Assembly: GCA_963719515.1 (NCBI GenBank)
Contig: CAVRCJ010000011.1
Location: 384,001-448,000 of the forward strand
Source of the DNA: an uncultured cyanobacterium
Lineage (GTDB): Bacteria > Cyanobacteriota > Cyanobacteriia > CAKZMO01
Length of the DNA: 64,000 nucleotides
Reading direction: 5' to 3'
Shown: piece after piece, positions 59,239 through 64,000 of the stretch
Layout: each line of letters begins with the position of its first letter
Numbering within the stretch: position 1 is the first letter of the stretch
Position numbers and translations under genes: made by a program
Notes under the pieces: generated by a model
The model's database searches: none
What the model was told of the DNA's origin: nothing
Seen by the model: the letters and a program-made list of their open reading frames with translations, nothing else

Positions 59239-59706
59239 ATGCCGCATGACTTTAGAGAGTTTCCCAATCCCCTACGTAATCACTTGAGGGAGCTATTTGA
59301 AACCATGAGCCAACTACAAGAAGAAATTGAAAATCTCAGTGATCGTCTTTCCGATTCAAGGCAAGCCTTTAAACAGAGTATTGAGGATTTCTTTCAACAA
59401 CCAAACCAGAACCCATTCCCTACGGAAGGAACTATTGACTCTGATGTCGAGCAATACACGAGGCTCGTGTCTTATTGTCTAGAGGCAGGGGATACAGAAA
59501 TTTTGGATAGATGGGGAATTCAAAACATCCTTACCAATCCGACCATTCTAGCCTCTAGTAACTACGAGTTATATTACTTAGCTTTCAATAATGCACGAGA
59601 AACATCTAAAACGCCTCTAGAAGAAGAATGCTGGATTAAAGTAATTGAGATGTTTCAAATCTTGCAAAATCCAGGAGGTACACTTATCACTGTAGGAAAC
59701 AGGTGA
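59239..59706 (+). CDS. Cassette-borne divergent phycobiliprotein-like (globin-fold) protein
   Basis: DVEQYTRLVSYCLEAGDTEILDRWGI resembles the phycobiliprotein D..YY.R.V.YCL.AG.T..LDEW/YGI segment. Confidence 0.6.
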   Translation: MPHDFREFPNPLRNHLRELFETMSQLQEEIENLSDRLSDSRQAFKQSIEDFFQQPNQNPFPTEGTIDSDVEQYTRLVSYCLEAGDTEILDRWGIQNILTNPTILASSNYELYYLAFNNARETSKTPLEEECWIKVIEMFQILQNPGGTLITVGNR

Positions 59707-59730
59707 AAGAGGATTAGCACTTTTAAGAGA

Positions 59731-60297
59731 TTATTTATCCTGAGAGCGCCGTGCAGCTTGCTGGGCACGAGCTGCACTAAGGTATTGGCTACTGAGCTGC
59801 TTCGCATTTCTTCGCATTTCTTCGCCTCTACTAACGTCTATGATTTGCTCTAAGAGGCTTTTTATCTCTCTAATAGCTTCCACAGATAGTTCATGAGTTG
59901 CACTTAAATCATCAACATTTTCCCTTAAGGAATAAAGCTCACTATTCTCGGGAAGTGTTGATGCCAAAACTTTCAAACGCTCAAGAGCTTCACTTTTCTT
60001 GGTTTGAAACGAGGAATTTTGTCTCTTTATTTCATATATTTTATCTTTAATATCATCAGCAACCTGCTTAAGTCGATTTCGCTTAGCTTCGACTTCTGAT
60101 TCAAACTTCTTAATTCTGGCAAAGTCTTGAACTCTTTTTCTAAAGCCCTGTATGGCATTCCATATTTGATTACGAGCTAGAAGGCACCCAAATATAACAA
60201 TAACTGCAATTAACGCAGGGAGCTTACTGAGATCCGAAAAATCACCTTTCAAGATATCTTGAACTAAGTCAAAAATTTTCTCAAATATTCAATCCAT
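59731..60297 (-). CDS. Cassette-borne membrane-anchored coiled-coil protein; ATG at 60297 is followed by an in-frame TGA at codon 3 (alternative TTG start at 60252)
   Basis: One TM helix then a long heptad-rich region; ATG GAT TGA ATA TTT is in frame with the 173-aa ORF. Confidence 0.65.
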
Positions 60298-60558
60298 TAG
60301 AAACTCGCTCTTCTAAGGTAGTTGCACAAGCCGAATTATAGTATGCGCTTTATAGATAGCGCGACTTTAGGGATCGTGAGCTATTAGCAGTAGAACATTG
60401 AATTAAGGCAAAAGCCAGCTTAAGCATATTTCAGATTTGAGGGATTTTATACCATTATCCCAAAAATTAAGTAATTCTCAAGAATACTTAAACATGCATA
60501 GTTCAACAGCTTAAAAATTTGCTACAAGGGCTACTGTGTCCCAACCAAAAATTCAGCA

Positions 60559-60646
60559 GCATAACGTTCCGATTGAGCGGCATCAGGTCTGCTGTAACAT
60601 TAGACAAAAAGGTTCCCGGCTGTCCGCTCCAATCGGATTGTTAGAC
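60559..60646 (-). mobile_element. Integron attC recombination site 2
   Basis: Minus strand: R'' GTCTAAC-AATCCGATTG(G)AGCGG(A)CAG...TGCCGCTCAATCGGAAC-GTTATGC R'. Confidence 0.9.
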
Positions 60647-60911
60647 ATCGAGATATTAACTGAATGTAGAACACACATCTATGGCTTTCTTCTAAAAAAC
60701 CAGTTTAGAAAGGCAATAATAGCGACCGCTATCATGGTTATTATTTGAAAAGGATTGAATATCTTAGTTATGCTTTGCATCGTACTCGTTTTAGTTAACT
60801 AGATAGGTTATTTTAGAAACGGTTTTGAATCAGTGTCTTTTGAATCTGGGGAAGATAAATACAAAGCCTTAAAACATCGGTTTTACTAGACTTTCAACAT
60901 TCAGGCGTCCC

Positions 60912-61385
60912 TCAGCGATCTCGGAAACGCTGTAAAGTCATTTGCAGGCTTTTATAGATATTTTTCCAGTCTTGAGCCAGAAAATCTTCTAATCCCTGTA
61001 GGTCCATTTTCTTGAACGTCAACTCACCTCGACTATTCTGAGTCACGCGAAAATTCGCGTTGTACAATCTCAGCATCTCCTCGGGTTGCATTGTTTCTAC
61101 TTTCTTTTCGTAGTTCGAGTACAGAAAAGTTGCGGATAATCCCCCTACTGCGGCAGCTCCTGCCCACCCAATAGGACCAAGGGCAGCTACACCAAAAGCT
61201 CCAAAAACCGCAACCTTTTCCGCAATTTTTTCCCTAGATATTCTCAAAAGTCGGTAATAGATCTTCACAGCATACGAGTACACCTCACCTTTGACTATGA
61301 TTTCATCCCCAACCGCAAAAGAATCGATCCTTGCCAGAACGTCTGTCCAGTCATCATGAGACTGAACGATAGCCACTTTACCCAT
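60912..61385 (-). CDS. Cassette-borne hypothetical protein with a glycine-zipper-like hydrophobic segment
   Basis: GAGG RBS; GAFGVAALGPIGWAGAAAVGG; single gene of the first cassette, in cassette orientation. Confidence 0.75.
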   Translation of the reverse strand: MGKVAIVQSHDDWTDVLARIDSFAVGDEIIVKGEVYSYAVKIYYRLLRISREKIAEKVAVFGAFGVAALGPIGWAGAAAVGGLSATFLYSNYEKKVETMQPEEMLRLYNANFRVTQNSRGELTFKKMDLQGLEDFLAQDWKNIYKSLQMTLQRFRDR

Positions 61386-61461
61386 ACAACCTCATTAACT
61401 CTCTCAATACAAAACACAAGATAAAAAAACTTACTTGCTATTCTAGCCTGGGACTAAAACT

Positions 61462-61480
61462 GTCTAACTATATATTCAAC
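61462..61480 (-). mobile_element. attI-like primary recombination site
   Basis: Minus strand GTTGAAT-ATATA-GTTAGAC: degenerate L box, 5-bp spacer and R box complementary to R'' of attC2; no attC hairpin upstream of it. Confidence 0.65.
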
Positions 61481-61688
61481 GTCAGATCTGCTCGATAACA
61501 CCCCATTCCCCGGATCTTATCAGGCAGATCTGACGGATAACACCCTATTTCTCAGGCTTATCTACCACATCTGACGTCTAACTCCAGAAATCCGGGGTGT
61601 TATCTGTCACTTTTGCTTGATGATCCTAGCCTCTGGAATATTATTTGTCACTTCTGACGGATAACAACACACATAGCCGTGTTATCCG
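61475..61688. repeat. Array of 24-bp palindromic repeats with 17-18 bp spacers
   Basis: Units at 61475, 61517, 61558, 61600, 61641 and a partial at 61682; idealised consensus TTATCCGTCAGATCTGACGGATAA. Confidence 0.85.
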
Positions 61689-61894
61689 GCGATCGCCATG
61701 TGCCATTGACCATGAAAAGCAGTGCAGCGTCGCTGCCGGGCGCAGCAGCTAATCAGGCTACACAGCAAAGTTTAAGATATCCTGACGAAATCTCTCCTCG
61801 CCGACAAGTCCATTCGTTTGCTACGCCGCTTTCCCAGAACTGTAAATCGCAAGCACCCAAGTACTTCATACCGCTATACCGCGATCGCCCCATG

Positions 61895-62095
61895 CACTTA
61901 AGCAAAACCAACAAACGCTTACTGAGATCAAGCAAACGCTTAAGCAAAACCGACTAACCACAAAGCGAAACCTCAAAACACTTAAGCCGTAAGCCATATC
62001 GCTTATTGAGCTATAAGCAACGCTTAAGCGTTTCTCGCTAACGTATAAACGTTGGTCGATAACGCTCAAGCAAAACCAACAAACGCTTATTGGTT
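61895..62095. repeat. Degenerate 21-bp-period tandem repeat (~10 units)
   Basis: CTTAAGC/CTTA core recurs at 61897, 61918, 61939, 61981, 62002, 62023, 62065 and 62086. Confidence 0.8.
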
Positions 62096-62268
62096 ACCCC
62101 AAACCGAGCCCACGCCAAAGGCTCAACCCCACTCGATACAATGGCAGCACAACAGCCCAGACTCAGCGCAGCCTAGATACGCCTCAGCGATCGCCCCCCA
62201 TAGCTGACAAACATGGGGTGCATATGCACCGGCTACAGCGTGAGAATGCTGGTGTTGGATTTCCCCAT

Positions 62269-62376
62269 CTAGGCAAAGGCGATCGCTTTCGATCGTCCGT
62301 GAGCTGTATCGACGCTGTCCCCTTGTAGGCTGCGGCGAAGCGGTACAGGTGTTCCCTGATCAAACAAGATTTTCAT
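62269..62376 (-). pseudogene. 3'-truncated PIN-like toxin (DUF5615 type)
   Basis: MKILFDQGTPVPLRRSL...VDTA then an early stop; TAATG-coupled to the upstream DUF433 remnant. Confidence 0.7.
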
Positions 62377-62501
62377 TAACCTGCTATGCGCTCTAACCTA
62401 GTGAGTTCATAGTCTAGAAGGGACTCCACCTGACTACGTGCTACTCCTGGAAACCAGTCCAAAAATTGATCGATGGAAGCGCTATCTTTAAGATTTTCAA
62501 G
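62376..62501 (-). pseudogene. 5'-truncated DUF433 antitoxin
   Basis: LENLKDSASIDQFLDWFPGVARSQVESLLDYE, the C-terminal half only. Confidence 0.72.
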
Positions 62502-62640
62502 TTATCTTCGCGATGTCGGGTCAGCAGCAGCAGGCAGAGCAGATTGGCCGCCAGCGCCAACAACGCCCATAAGCTCTGCGGTGGGAGCTGCCCCGGTCAT
62601 AAATTGATAGATAGCCCGAGCGAAGACGGCGATCGCTGCT
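62502..62640 (-). pseudogene. Internal fragment of a cation diffusion facilitator (CzcD-like) gene
   Basis: AIAVFARAIYQFMTGAAPTAELMGVVG / frameshift / ALAANLLCLLLLTRHREDN. Confidence 0.6.
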
Positions 62641-62731
62641 GGCACCGCCGCGAGCCGCAATTTGCCACGTTCAAAGCCCTACTTGCCCCAAATGGTCTAC
62701 GCTTAGAGCATATTTTTTTAGAGCCGACTAA

Positions 62732-63547
62732 ATGCGTGTTGAAGCCTGCTGCCAAGCCCTGTTGGAAAACCTGCTGCCCGATCTTGACCCCGATCGCCAG
62801 GGACTCTGCGTGGATGTAGGGGTTGGCACCTTTGCCTTTTACTGCGAGCTGTTTGCCCGGCTGGGGTTCGCCACCGTAGCCGTAGAGCCTTCTCCCACCG
62901 ATAAGCTGCGGGCGCTCTGCCAGCAGTACTCCATCCAGCTCATTGAGCAGTGCCTGTCAGACCAAGTGGGGACCCAAACCCTATACATGGGACAGTTTGC
63001 CAACTTAGCCAACAGCAATTTTAGCTCGCTGGCCGCCGACTGGTTTGGCGCGTCAAGCTCGACTCGCTCAGTGCCAACCCTAGATTTAGCGACCTTACTC
63101 CGCCAGGTCACCGCCCCCTACATCACCGCCTTTAAGCTCGATATTGAAGGGTGGGAGCCGGTTGTAATCCAGCAGTTTGTCGAATTACCCAGCAAGCAAC
63201 TGCCCCAAGTTGTGATGTTCGAGTACGGCGGTGGCGGCAGTCGTGCCCAGGGGTCAAAAGGCTGGTCGCCCAACTTTTTTCAGGGCACGATGACTTGTCT
63301 CGAAGTTTTGCAGCAGCAGGGATACGCCTTTAGCGTTATGGTCGACTATGCCTCTGGTACCCAGGCTAAGGTGTTTGATCTGCAATCTCTAGATTTGGCT
63401 CACGAGTCGCCCTTTTGTGCCAACGGCGTCTACGGCAACATTCTTTGCTTTCACCAACAGCGCTTTTCCACCGAGAGAATACAGCGCATCTGCGCCCCCT
63501 ATCGCGGTGGTTTGGCCAACTGGCTGGTGAGCACCTTCGTCTCCTAA
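62732..63547 (+). CDS. FkbM family methyltransferase
   Basis: VDVGVG, VAVEPSP and FKLDIEGWE..V motifs. Confidence 0.88.
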   Translation: MRVEACCQALLENLLPDLDPDRQGLCVDVGVGTFAFYCELFARLGFATVAVEPSPTDKLRALCQQYSIQLIEQCLSDQVGTQTLYMGQFANLANSNFSSLAADWFGASSSTRSVPTLDLATLLRQVTAPYITAFKLDIEGWEPVVIQQFVELPSKQLPQVVMFEYGGGGSRAQGSKGWSPNFFQGTMTCLEVLQQQGYAFSVMVDYASGTQAKVFDLQSLDLAHESPFCANGVYGNILCFHQQRFSTERIQRICAPYRGGLANWLVSTFVS

Positions 63548-63748
63548 GCCTGAGTTGAAAGAGGCGGTGCGATCGCAGCCAATATCCGCCATTCTGACGG
63601 TGATGACGAGGCTGCACCTCCTGACTGAGCCAAGTAGTCTACCCATAAAGCACGCATCTACGGGCAAAGTCCAAGCCCCACAGTCTTTAGCGGTTTTGTC
63701 AGGCCGCTTTACGGTTAGACACACCATCACCAGCAGAGCGTTCAGGGT

Positions 63749-64000
63749 ATGTCACTTAAAAGGTCTATTGCCACTGTATCTTGCCTCGGGGTGCTATCCT
63801 GCACTCCTGCTCAAAGGCAAGATTCTGAGCCGCCGACGGCAATATTCCAGGCCTTCAACCAGCCCTATAGCGACATCAGTACCTTTGTCTGCGCGCTGGC
63901 CGACCAGGGCTACTCCCACCTGCAGATTTCCCCCGCGCAGCAGTCAAACCCGGGAGGCGAGTGGTGGAAGCGCTATCAGCCCGTCGACCTAAGCGTCATT
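63749..64000 (+). CDS. Alpha-amylase (GH13), N-terminal part, possible lipoprotein (runs off the window)
   Basis: Manual translation: MSLKRSIATVSCLGVLSC...AIFQAFN...LADQGYSHLQISPAQ...WWKRYQPVD. Confidence 0.82.
   Translation, partial: MSLKRSIATVSCLGVLSCTPAQRQDSEPPTAIFQAFNQPYSDISTFVCALADQGYSHLQISPAQQSNPGGEWWKRYQPVDLSVI

Larger units (their letters stand above)
274..63576. repeat. HIP1 octamer GCGATCGC dispersed throughout the window
   Basis: Many copies (e.g. 274-281, 58690-58697, 61689-61696, 62629-62636); none seen between 58698 and 61688. Confidence 0.95.

Noticed and set aside
61475..61688. Palindromic repeat-spacer array as a CRISPR
   Set aside because: Repeats are highly degenerate, spacers are only 17-18 bp and partly similar to one another, and no cas genes are present.
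63555..63992. 145-aa ORF in the track
   Set aside because: The overlapping frame starting at 63749 encodes recognisable alpha-amylase motifs and is preferred.
61689..64000. Integron integrase next to the attI-like site
   Set aside because: No ORF or fragment with tyrosine-recombinase R-H-R-Y motifs was recognised; only TA/CDF remnants, FkbM and an amylase.

Overview
Chromosomal window from a cyanobacterium. Evidence: dense HIP1 GCGATCGC octamers, cpcG, cpcS, psb34 and a thiO-thiG fusion. The hpsA-D-like pseudopilin cluster suggests a motile filamentous strain (inference). The first ~55 kb is mostly housekeeping: lipA, ribD, cobA, chelatase, ddl, hpsA-D, tRNA nucleotidyltransferase, Slt, EPS-type genes, cimA, two histidine kinases, tRNA-CAT, pyrE, GH1 and recQ. 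It also holds a frameshifted tnpB-only IS200/IS605 element that splits a metallo-beta-lactamase-fold gene. The last ~8 kb is an accessory island. Its core is an integron-like cassette array on the minus strand: two canonical attC sites (58941-59027, 60559-60646) whose core sites chain perfectly to an attI-like site (61462-61480). No intI is visible in the window. Where the integrase would normally sit there is a phased array of 24-bp palindromes (41-42 bp period) and a 21-bp-period repeat. One cassette carries a divergent phycobiliprotein-like ORF lacking the chromophore Cys. The island also has vapBC, a Uma2 nuclease, a MITE-like duplication, a small gene with a long structured leader, and fused remnants of toxin-antitoxin and transporter genes. 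All family calls come from motif recognition by eye; no database search was run.
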